NCBI GenBank assembly: GCA_964016885.1
Contig: OZ024741.1
Location: 72,726,001 to 72,790,000, forward strand
DNA length: 64,000 nucleotides
From: Eledone cirrhosa
Lineage: Eukaryota
Direction of reading: 5' to 3'
In this document: in pieces, positions 54,060-64,000 of the stretch
Layout: the number at the start of each line of letters is the position of its first letter
Position numbering within the stretch: the first letter of the stretch is position 1
Made by a program: the position numbers and the translations under genes
Notes under the pieces: generated by a model
What the model saw: the letters and a program-made list of their open reading frames with translations, nothing else
Databases searched by the model: none
What the model was told of the DNA's origin: nothing

Positions 54060-57000
54060 TTGTGTTTGTTACTTTAGTTGTTCTTGTTACTTTAGTTGTT
54101 GTAGATAGTTTAGTTGTTGTTGCTTTAGTTGTTGTTGATAGTTTAGTTGTTGTTGTTACTTTAGTTGTGGTTACTTCAGTTGTTGTTACTTTAGTTGTTG
54201 TTGTTGCTTTAGTTGTTGTTACTTTAGTTGTTGTTGTTACTTTAGTTGTTCTTGTTGCTTTAGTTGTTGTTGATAGTTTAGTTGTTGTTGTAGCTTTAGT
54301 TGTTGTTACTTTAGTTGTTGTTGCTTTAGTTGTATTTGATAGTTTAGTTGTTGTTGTTACTTTAGTTGTTGTTACCCTTTGATGTTGTTATTTAGTTGTT
54401 GTTGTTAATTAGCTGTTGTTGTTGCTTTGGTTGTTGTTACTTTAGTTGTTGTTACTTTAGTTGGTGTTACTTTAGTTGTTATTGATAGTTTAGTCGTTGT
54501 TGTTACTTTAGTTTTTGTTGATAGTTTGGTTGTTGTTGTTACTTTAGTTGTTGTTACTTTAGTTGTTGTTGTTAATTTAGTAGTTGTTGATCGTTTAGTT
54601 GTTTTTGTTACTTTAGTTGTTGTTGATAGTTTAGTTGTTGTTGATAGTTTAGTTGTTGTTGTTACTTTTGTTGTTGTTGTCACTCTAGTTGTTTTTTACA
54701 GTTTAGTTGTTGTTGTTACTTTAGTTGTTGTTAATTTAGTTGTTGTTGTTACTCTAGTTGTTGTTGTTACTTTAGTTGTTGATAGGTTAGTTGTTGTTGT
54801 TACTTTAGTTGTTGTTGATAGTTTAGTTGTTGTCGTTACTTTAGTTGTTGTTGTTACTTTAGTTGTTATACTTTAGTTGTTGTTAATTTAGTTGTTGTTG
54901 TTGCTTTAGTTGTTGTTGTTACTTTAGTTGTTGTTATTACTTTAGTTGTTGTTGATAGTTTAGTTGTTTTTACTTTAGTTGTTGTTGATACTTTAGTTGT
55001 TGTTGTTGCTTTAGTTGTTGTTGTTACTTTAGTTGTTGTTGATAGTTTAGTTGTTGTTGTTACCTTAGTTGTTGTTGTTACTTTAGTTGTTGCTACTTTA
55101 GTTGTTATTACTTTAGTTGTTGTTTATAGTTTAGTTGTTGTTGTTACTTTAGTTGTTGTTGTTACTTTAGTTCTTGCTACTTTAGTTGTTGTTACTTTAG
55201 TTGTTGTTGTTGCTGTAGCTGTTGTTGTTACTTTAATTGTTGTTGTTACTTTAGTTGATTTTGATAGTTTAGTTGTTGTCGTTACTTTATTTGTTGTTGA
55301 TAGTTTAGTTGTTGTTGATAGTTTAGTTGTTGTTGTTACTCTAGTTGTTGTTGTTACTTTAGTTGTTGTTGATAGTTTAGTTGTTGTTGTTACTTTAGTT
55401 GTTGTTAATTTAGTTGTTATTTTTACTCTAGTTGTTGTTGTTACTTTAGTTGTTGTTGATACTTTAGTTGTTGTTGTTGCTTTAGTTGTTGTTGTTACTT
55501 TAGTTGTTATTGATAGTTTAGTTGTTGTTGTTACTTTAGTTGTTGTTGTTACTTTAGTTGTTGTTGATAGTTTAGTTGTTGTTGTTACTTTTGTTGTTGT
55601 TTCTTTAGTTGTTCTTGTTACTTTAGTTGTTGTTGATAGTTTAGTTGTCGTTGTTACTTTAGTTGTTGTTGTTACTTTAGTTGTTGTTGTAACTTTAGTT
55701 GTTGTTACTTTAGTTGTTCTTGTTACTTTAGTTGTTGTAGATAGTTTAGTTGTTGTTGCTTTAGTTGTTGTTGATAGTTTAGTTGTTGTTGTTACTTTAG
55801 TTGTGGTTACTTCAGTTGTTGTTACTTTAGTTGTTGTTGTTGCTTTAGTTGTTGTTACTTTAGTTGTTGTTGTTACTTTAGTTGTTCTTGTTGCTTTAGT
55901 TGTTGTTGATAGTTTAGTTGTTGTTGTAGCTTTAGTTGTTGTTACTTTAGTTGTTGTTGCTTTAGTTGTATTTGATAGTTTAGTTGTTGTTGTTACTTTA
56001 GTTGTTGTTACCCTTTGATGTTGTTATTTAGTTGTTGTTGTTACTTAGCTGTTGTTGTTGCTTTGGTTGTTGTTACTTTAGTTGTTGTTACTTTAGTTGG
56101 TGTTACTTTAGTTGTTATTGATAGTTTAGTCGTTGTTGTTACTTTAGTTTTTGTTGATAGTTTGGTTGTTGTTGTTACTTTAGTTGTTGTTACTTTAGTT
56201 GTTGTTGTTAATTTAGTAGTTGTTGATCGTTTAGTTGTTTTTGTTACTTTAGTTGTTGTTGATAGTTTAGTTGTTGTTGATAGTTTAGTTGTTGTTGTTA
56301 CTTTTGTTGTTGTTGTCACTCTAGTTGTTTTTTACAGTTTAGTTGTTGTTGTTACTTTAGTTGTTGTTAATTTAGTTGTTGTTGTTACTCTAGTTGTTGT
56401 TGTTGTTACTTTAGTTGTTGATAGGTTAGTTGTTGTTGTTACTTTAGTTGTTGTTGATAGTTTAGTTGTTGTCGTTACTTTAGTTGTTGTTGTTACTTTA
56501 GTTGTTATACTTTAGTTGTTGTTAATTTAGTTGTCGTTGTTGCTTTAGTTGTTGTTGTTACTTTAGTTGTTGTTATTACTTTAGTTGTTGTTGATAGTTT
56601 AGTTGTTTTTACTTTAGTTGTTGTTGATACTTTAGTTGTTGTTGTTGCTTTAGTTGTTGTTGTTACTTTAGTTGTTGTTGATAGTTTAGTTGTTGTTGTT
56701 ACCTTAGTTGTTGTTGTTACTTTAGTTGTTGCTACTTTAGTTGTTATTACTTTAGTTGTTGTTTATAGTTTAGTTGTTGTTGTTACTTTAGTTGTTGTTG
56801 TTACTTTAGTTCTTGCTACTTTAGTTGTTGTTACTTTAGTTGTTGTTGTTGCTGTAGCTGTTGTTGTTACTTTAATTGTTGTTGTTACTTTAGTTGATTT
56901 TGATAGTTTAGTTGTTGTCGTTACTTTATTTGTTGTTGATAGTTTAGTTGTTGTTGATAGTTTAGTTGTTGTTGTTACTCTAGTTGTTGTTGTTACTTTA

Positions 57001-57560
57001 GTTGTTGTTGATAGTTTAGTTGTTGTTGTTACTTTAGTTGTTGTTAATTTAGTTGTTATTTTTACTCTAGTTGTTGTTGTTACTTTAGTTGTTGTTGATA
57101 CTTTAGTTGTTGTTGTTGCTTTAGTTGTTGTTGTTACTTTAGTTGTTATTGATAGTTTAGTTGTTGTTGTTACTTTAGTTGTTGTTGATAGTTTAGTTGT
57201 TGTTGTTACTTTTGTTGTTGTTTCTTTAGTTGTTCTTGTTACTTTAGTTGTTGTTGATAGTTTAGTTGTCGTTGTTACTTTAGTTGTTGTTGTTACTTTA
57301 GTTGTTGTTGTAACTTTAGTTGTTGTTACTTTAGTTGTTCTTGTTACTTTAGTTGTTGTAGATAGTTTAGTTGTTGTTGCTTTAGTTGTTGTTGATAGTT
57401 TAGTTGTTGTTGTTACTTTAGTTGTGGTTACTTCAGTTGTTGTTACTTTAGTTGTTGTTGTTGCTTTAGTTGTTACTTTAGTTGTTGTTGTTACTTTAGT
57501 TGTTCTTCTTGCTTTAGTTGTTGTTGATAGTTTAGTTGTTGTTGTTGCTTTAGCTGTTGT
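54060..57560. repeat. ~1.63-kb tandem duplication (about 2.1 copies)
   Basis: ACCCTTTGATG at 54374/56010 (offset 1636); ORFs 54405..54683 and 56041..56319; GTGGTTACTTCAG at ~54167/55803/57424; GCTGTAGCTG at ~55212/56851. Confidence 0.9.
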
Positions 57561-60500
57561 TACTTTAGTTGTTGTTCCTTTAGTTGTTTTTGATAGTTTA
57601 GTTGTTGTTGCTTAAGTTGTATTTGATAGTTTAGTTGTTGTTGTTATTTACTTGTTGTTGTTACTTAGCTGTTGTTGTTGCTTTCTTTGCTGTTACTTTA
57701 GTTGTTGTTACTTTAGTTTGTGTTACTTTAGTTGTTGTTGATAGTTTAGTTGTTGTTACTTTAGTTGTTGTTGATAGTTTGGTTGTTGTTGTTACTTTAG
57801 TTGTTGTTACTTTAGTTGTTGTTGTTAATTTAGTAGTTGTTGATCGTTTAGTTGTTTTTGTTACTTTAGTTGTTGTTTATAGTTTAGTTGTTGTTGATAG
57901 TTTAGTTGTTGTTGTTACTTTAGTTGCTGTTGTTACTTTAGTTGTTGTTGTTACTTTAGTTGTTGTTTTTACTTTAGTTGTTGTTACTTTAGTTGTTGTT
58001 ACTTTAGTTGTTGTTGCTACTTTAGTTGTAGATAGTTTAGTTATTGTTGATAGCTTAGTTGCTGCTGTTACTTTAGTTGTTGTTGTTACTTTAGTTGTTG
58101 TTGATAGTTTAGTTGTTATTACTTTAGTTGTTGTTGTTGCTTTAGTTGTTGTTGTTACTTTAGTTGATGTTGTTACCTTAGTTGTTGTTTATAGTTTAGT
58201 TGTTGTCGTTACTTTAGTTGTTGTTGTTAGTTTAGTTCTTGCTACTTTAGTTGTTGTTGTTGTCTTAGCTGTTGTTGTTACTTTAGTTGTTGATGTTACT
58301 TTATTTGTTGTTGATAGTTTAGTTGTTGTTGATAATTTAGTTGTTGTTGTTACTTTAGTTGTTGTTACTTTAGTTGTTGGTAATTCAGTTGTTGTTGTTA
58401 CTCTAGTTGTTGTTGTTACTTTAGTTGTTGTTGATACTTTAGTTGTTGTTGTTGCTTTAGTTGTTGTTGTTACTTTATTTGTTGTTACTTTAGTTGATAT
58501 TACTTTAATTGTTGTTGTTGCTTTAGTTGTTGTTGTTACTTTAGTTGTTGTTACTTTAGTTGTTGTTGATAATTTAGTTGTTGTTGTTACTTTTTTTGTT
58601 GTTGTTACTTTAGTTGTTTTTTACAGTTTAGTTGTTGTTGTTACTTTAGTTGTTGTTAATTTAGTTGTTGTTGTTACTCTAGTTGTTGTTGTTACTTTAG
58701 TTGTTGTTACTTTAGCTGTTGTTAATTTAATTGTTGTTGTTACTCTAGTTGTTGTTGTTACTTTAGTTGTTGTTGATAGTTTAGTTGTTGTTGTTGCGTT
58801 AGTTATTGTTGATAGTTTAGTTGTTGTTGTTACTTTAGTTGTTGTTGTTGCTTTAGTTGTTGTTGATAGTTTAGTTGTTGTTACTTTAGTTGTTGTTAGT
58901 TTAGTTGTTGTTAATTTAGTTGTTGTTGATAGTTTAGTTGTTGTTACTTTAGTTGTTGTTGATACTTTAGTTGTTGTTGTTGCTTTAGTTGTTGCTGTTA
59001 CTTTAGTTGTTGTTGATAGTTTAGTTGTTGTTACTTTAGTTGTTGTTGTTACTTTAGTTGTTGCTACTTTAGTTGTTATTACTTTAGTTGTTGTTTATAG
59101 TTTAGTTGTTGTCGTTACTTTAGTTGTTGTTGTTACTTTAGTTCTTGCTACTTTAGTTGTTGTTGTTGCCTTAGCTGTTGTTACTTTAGTTGTTATTGTT
59201 ACTTTAGTTGATGTTGATAGTTTAGTTGTTGTTGTTACTTTATTTATTGTTGATAGTTTAGTTGTTGTTAATAATTTAGTTGTTGTTGTTAGTTTAGTTG
59301 TTGTTACTTTAGTTGTTGTTAATTTAGTTGTTGTTGTTACTCTAGTTGTTGTTGTTACTTTAGTTGTTGTTGATAGTTTAGTTGTTGTTGTTACTTTAGT
59401 TGTTGTTACTTTAGTTGTTGTTAAATTAGTTGTTATGTTTACTCTAGTTGTTGTTGTTACTTTAGTTGTTGTTACTTTAGTTGCTGTTGTTACTTTAGTT
59501 GGTGTTGATAGTTTAGTTGTTGTTGTTACTTCAGTTGTTGTTTTTACTTTAGTTGTTGTTTATAATTTAGTTGTTGTTGTTTTAGTTGTTGTTACTTTAG
59601 TTGTAGTTGTTAGTTTAGTTGTTGTTGTTACTTTAGTTGTTGTTGTTACTTTAGTTGTTGTTGTTACTTTAGTTGTTCTTGTTACTTTAGTTTTTGTAGA
59701 TAGTTTAGTTGTTGTTGCTTTAGTTGTTGTTGATAGTTTAGTTGTTGTTGTTACTTTAGTTGTGGTTACTTCAGTTGTTCTTACTTTAGTTGTTGTTGTT
59801 GCTTAAGTTGTTGTTACTTTAGTTGTTGTTGTTACTTTAGTTGTTCTTGTTGCTTTAGTTGTTGTTGATAGTTTAGTTGTTGTTGTTGCTTTAGTTGTTG
59901 TTACTTTAGTTGTTGTTGCTTTAGTTGTATTTGATAGTTTAGTTGTTGTTGTTACTTTAGTTGTTGTTACTTTAGTTGTTGTTATTTAGTTGTTGTGGTT
60001 ACTTAGCTGTTGTTGTTGCTTCGGTTGTTGTTACTTTAGTTGTTGTTACTTTAGTTGGTGTTACTTTAGTTGTTGTTGATAATTTAGTCGTTGTTGTTAC
60101 TTTAGTTGTTGTTGATAGTTTGGTTGTTGTTGTTACATTAGTTGTTGTTACTTAAGTTGTTGTTGTTAATTTAGTAGTTGTTGATCGTTTAGTTGTTTTT
60201 GTTACTCTAGTTGTTGTAGATAGTTTAGTTGTTGTTGCTTTAGTTGTTGTTGATAGTTTAGTTGTTGTTGTTGCTTTAGCTGTTGTTACTTTAGTTGTTG
60301 TTCCTTTAGTTGTTTTTGATAGTTTTGTTGTTGTTGCTTAAGTTGTATTTGATAGTTTAGTTGTTGTTGTTTTTTAGTTGTTGTTGTTACTTAGCTGTTG
60401 TTGTTGCTTTCTTTGCTGTTACTTTAGTTGTTGTTACTTTAGTTTGTGTTATTTTAGTTGTTGTTGATAGTTTAGTTGTTGTTGTTACTTTAGTTGGTGT

Positions 60501-60690
60501 TGATAGTTTGGTTGTTGTTGTTACTTTAGTTGTTTTTACTTTAGTTGTTGTTACTTTAGTTGTTGTTGCTACATTAGTTGTAGATAGTTTAGTTATTGTT
60601 GATAGTTTAGTTGCTGTTGTTACTTTACTTGTTGTTGTTACTTTAGTTGTTGTTGATAGTTTAGTTGTTGTTACTTGAGTTGTTGTTGAT

Positions 60691-63600
60691 ACTTTAGTTG
60701 TTGTTGTTGCTTTAGTTGTTGTTGTTACTTTAGTTGTTGTTGTTACTTTAGTTGTTGCTACTTTAGTTGTTATTACTTTAGTTGTTGTTGTTGCTTTAGT
60801 TGTTTTTGTTGCTTTAGTTGTTGTTGTTACCTTAGTTGTTGTTTATAGTTTAGTTGTGGTCGTTATTTTAGTTGTTGTTGTTACTTTAGTTCTTGCCACT
60901 TTAGTTGTTGTTACTTTAGTTGTTTTTGTTGCCTTAGCTGTTGTTGTTACTTTAGTTGTTGTTGTTACCTTAGTTGTTGTTTATAGTTTAGTTGTTGTCG
61001 TTACTTTAGTTGTTGTTGTTAGTTTATTTCTTGCTACTTTAGTTGTTGTTACTTTAGTTGTTGTTGTTGTCTTAGCTGTTGTTGTTACTTTAGTTGTTGA
61101 TGTTACTTTATTTGTTGTTGATAGTTTAGTTGTTGTTGATAATTTAGTTGTTGTTGTTACTTTAGTTGTTGTTACTTTAGTTGTTGTTAATTCAGTTGTT
61201 GTTGTTACTCTAGTTGTTGTTGTTACTTTAGTTGTTGTTGATACTTTAGTTGTTGTTGTTGCTTTAGTTGTTGTTGTTACTTTATTTGTTGTTACTTTAG
61301 TTGATATTACTTTAGTTGTTGTTGTTGCTTTAGTTGTTGTTGTTACTTTAGTTGTTGTTACTTTAGTTGTTGTTGATAATTTAGTTGTTGTTGTTACTTT
61401 TTTTGTTGTTGTTACTTTAGTTGTTTTTTACAGTTTAGTTGTTGTTGTTACTTTAGTTGTTGTTAATTTAGTTGTTGTTGTTACTCTAGTTGTTGTTGTT
61501 ACTTTAGTTGTTGATAGGTTAGTTGTTGTTGTTACTTTAGTTGTTGTTACTTTAGCTGTTGTTAATTTAGTTGTTGTTGTTACTCTAGTTGTTGTTGTTA
61601 CTTTACTTGTTGTTGATAGTTTAGTTGTTGTTGTTGCGTTAGTTATTGTTGATAGTTTAGTTGTTGTTGTTACTTTAGTTGTTGTTGTTGCTTTAGTTGT
61701 TGTTGATAGTTTAGTTGTTGTTAATTTAGTTGTTGTTGATAGTTTAGTTGTTGTTACTTTAGTTGTTGTTGATACTTTAGTTGTTGTTGTTGCTTTAGTT
61801 GTTGTTGTTACTTTAGTTGTTGTTGATAGTTTAGTTGTTGTTGTTACTTTAGTTGTTGTTGTTACTTTAGTTGTTGCTACTTTAGTTGTTATTACTTTAG
61901 TTGTTGTTTATAGTTTAGTTGTTGTCGTTACTTTAGTTGTTGTTGTTACTTTAGTTCTTGCTACTTTAGTTGTTGTTACTTTAGTTTTTGTTGTTACTTT
62001 AGTTGATGTTGATAGTTTAGTTGTTGTTGTTACTTTATTTATTGTTGATAGTTTAGTTGTTGTTAATAATTTAGTTGTTGTTGTTAGTTTAGTTGTTGTT
62101 ACTTTAGTTGTTGTTAATTTAGTTGTTGTTGTTACTCTAGTTGTTGTTGTTACTTTAGTTGTTGTTGATACTTTAGTTGTTGTTGTTGCTTTAGTTGTTC
62201 TTGTTACTTTAGTTGTTGTTACTTTAGTTGTTGTTGATAGTTTAGTTGTTGTTGTTACTTTAGTTGCTGTTGTTACTTTAGTTGTTGTTACTTTAGTTGT
62301 TATTACTTTAGTTGTTGTTGTTGCTTTAGTTGTTGTTGTTACTTTAGTTGTTGTTGTTACTTTAGTTGTTTTTATTACTTTAGTTGTTGTTTATAGTTTA
62401 GTTGTTGTTGTTACTTTACTTGTTGTTAATTTAGTTGTTGTTGTTACTCTAGTTGTTGTTGTTACTTTAGTTGTTGTTGATAGTTTAGTTGTTGTTGTTA
62501 CTTTAGTTGTTGTTAATTTAGTTGTTGTTGTTACTCTAGTTGTTGTTGTTACTTTAGTTGTTGTTGTTACTTTAGTTGTTGTTGTTGCTTTAGTTGTTGT
62601 TGTTAGTTTAGTTGTTGTTAATTTAGTTGTTGTTGATAGTTTAGTTTTTGTTACTTTAGTTGTTGTTGTTGCCTTAGTTGTTGTTGTTGCTTTAGTTGTT
62701 GTTGATAACTAGTTGTTGTTGATAACTAGTTGTTGTTGTTGCTTTAGTTGTTGTTGTTACTTTAAGTTGATTTAGTTGCTTTAGTTGTTGTTAGTTTAGT
62801 TGTTGTTGTTACTTTAGTTGTTGTTGTTGCTTTAGTTGTTGTTGTTACTTTAGTTGTTGTTGTTACTTTAGTTGTTGCTACTTTAGTTGTTATTACTTTA
62901 GTTGTTGTTGTTGCTTTAGTTGTTTTTGTTGCTTTAGTTGTTGTTGTTACCTTAGTTGTTGTTTATAGTTTAGTTGTGGTCGTTACTTTAGTTGTTGTTG
63001 TTACTTTAGTTCTTGCCACTTTAGTTGTTGTTACTTTAGTTGTTGTTGTTGCCTTAGCTGTTGTTGTTACTTCAGTTGTTGTTGTTACCTTAGTTGTTGT
63101 TTATAGTTTAGTTGTTGTCGTTACTTTAGTTGTTGTTGTTAGTTTATTTCTTGCTACTTTAGTTGTTGTTACTTTAGTTGTTGTTGTTGTCTTAGCTGTT
63201 GTTGTTACTTTAGTTGTTGATGTTACTTTATTTGTTGTTGATAGTTTAGTTGTTGTTGATAATTTAGTTGTTGTTGTTACTTTACTTGTTGTTACTTTAG
63301 TTGTTGTTAATTCAGTTGTTGTTACTCTAGTTGTTGTTGTTACTTTAGTTGTTGTTGATACTTTAGTTGTTGTTGTTGCTTTAGTTGTTGTTGTTACTTT
63401 ATTTGTTGTTACTTTAGTTGATATTACTTTAGTTGTTGTTGTTGCTTTAGTTGTTGTTGTTACTTTAGTTGTTGTTGTTACTTTAGTTGTTGTTGATAAT
63501 TTAGTTGTTGTTGTTACTTTTTTTGTTGTTGTTACTTTAGTTGTTTTTTACAGTTTAGTTGTTGTTGTTACTTTAGTTGTTGTTAATTTAGTTGTTGTTG

Positions 63601-64000
63601 TTACTCTAGTTGTTGTTGTTACTTTAGTTGTTGATAGGTTAGTTGTTGTTGTTACTTTAGTTGTTGTTACTTTAGCTGTTGTTAATTTAGTTGTTGTTGT
63701 TACTCTAGTTGTTGTTGTTACTTTACTTGTTGTTGATAGTTTAGTTGTTGTTGTTGCGTTAGTTATTGTTGATAGTTTAGTTGTTGTTGTTACTTTAGTT
63801 GTTGTTGTTGCTTTAGTTGTTGTTGATAGTTTAGTTGTTGTTACTTTAGTTGTTGTTAGTTTAGTTGTTGTTAATTTAGTTGTTGTTGATAGTTTAGTTG
63901 TTGTTACTTTAGTTGTTGTTGATACTTTAGTTGTTGTTGTTGCTTTAGTTGTTGTTGTTACTTTAGTTGTTGTTGATAGTTTAGTTGTTGTTGTTACTTT
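60691..64000. repeat. ~2.12-2.15-kb-period duplication, second copy truncated by the window end (60691-61850 matches 62811-64000)
   Basis: GTTGTGGTCGTTA at ~60853/62973; TCTTGCCACT at 60891/63011; AGTTTATTTCTTGCT at 61021/63141. A related, older-looking copy lies at ~58150-59100. Confidence 0.88.

Larger units (their letters stand above)
1..64000. repeat. Satellite-like tandem array, 15/18-bp monomers (GTT)3-4-ACTTTA and (GTT)2-3-GATAGTTTA; extends beyond both window edges
   Basis: Every line is built from GTT triplets punctuated by a TTTAG-containing cap. The 18-bp consensus GTTGTTGTTGTTACTTTA is 11 T, 4 G, 2 A, 1 C. I saw no orientation switch and no unique insert. Dividing 64 kb by 15-18 bp gives roughly 3,600-4,300 monomers. 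Confidence 0.98.

Noticed and set aside
1794-62712. Dozens of long Val-rich + strand ORFs (up to 904 aa at 6940..9654, 723 aa at 57635..59806) resembling membrane proteins
   Set aside because: They are an automatic result of (GTT)n-ACT-TTA monomers with lengths divisible by 3. Starts are mostly incidental GTG/TTG, ends fall at random indels or point stops, and near-pure poly-Val has no domain structure or plausible topology.
1-64000. CRISPR-like repeat/spacer organisation
   Set aside because: There are no unique spacers and no constant 23-50-bp repeat, leader or cas genes. The variable parts are only GTT counts and point variants.
1-64000. Frameshifts as mere sequencing errors hiding one giant intact mucin ORF
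   Set aside because: Most indel and stop variants (GTTATTTAG, GTTTTGTTGATAGT, GATATGTTTAG, GATCGTTTAATTTG, GTTTATAGT) recur at equivalent positions in duplicated copies and many are not in homopolymers, so they are most likely genuine.
1-64000. Thousands of TTTAG 3' splice-acceptor-like sites and U-rich terminator-like runs
   Set aside because: They are intrinsic to the monomer. I identified no exon-like unique sequence, convincing donor sites or GC-rich hairpins to support individual calls.
1-64000. G-quadruplex, inverted repeats or mobile-element termini
   Set aside because: GG dinucleotides are rare and GGG nearly absent, and the array never changes orientation. No terminal inverted repeats, LTRs, poly(A) tails or coding remnants were seen.

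Overview
The whole 64 kb window is one uninterrupted, single-orientation, T/G-skewed tandem-repeat (satellite-like) array that runs off both ends. The monomer is (GTT)n plus a 6-bp cap, mostly GTTGTTGTTGTTACTTTA (18 bp) or the 15-bp form with one GTT fewer, and there is a second major monomer class ending GATAGTTTA. I saw no unique sequence, transposon, RNA gene, CRISPR array or credible conventional gene. The Val-rich + strand ORFs are by-products of monomer lengths being multiples of 3. The - strand has a single open frame reading KVTTTT/KLSTTT (mucin-like), but it is broken by in-frame TAA stops and frameshifts that are shared between duplicated blocks, so it is not an intact CDS here. The real structure is hierarchical. 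Rare variant monomers reveal nested duplications with offsets of about 0.6, 1.4-1.5, 1.6, 1.8, 2.0, 2.1, 2.7, 5.29 and 10.77 kb, a loose 9-10 kb super-period in the right half, and about four sequence domains with different diagnostic variants. The organism cannot be identified from this window; a eukaryotic origin is only an inference. Boundaries were traced by eye and are approximate unless an exact offset is given. I cannot support a claim of a new biological system; the functional ideas listed are flagged as hypotheses.
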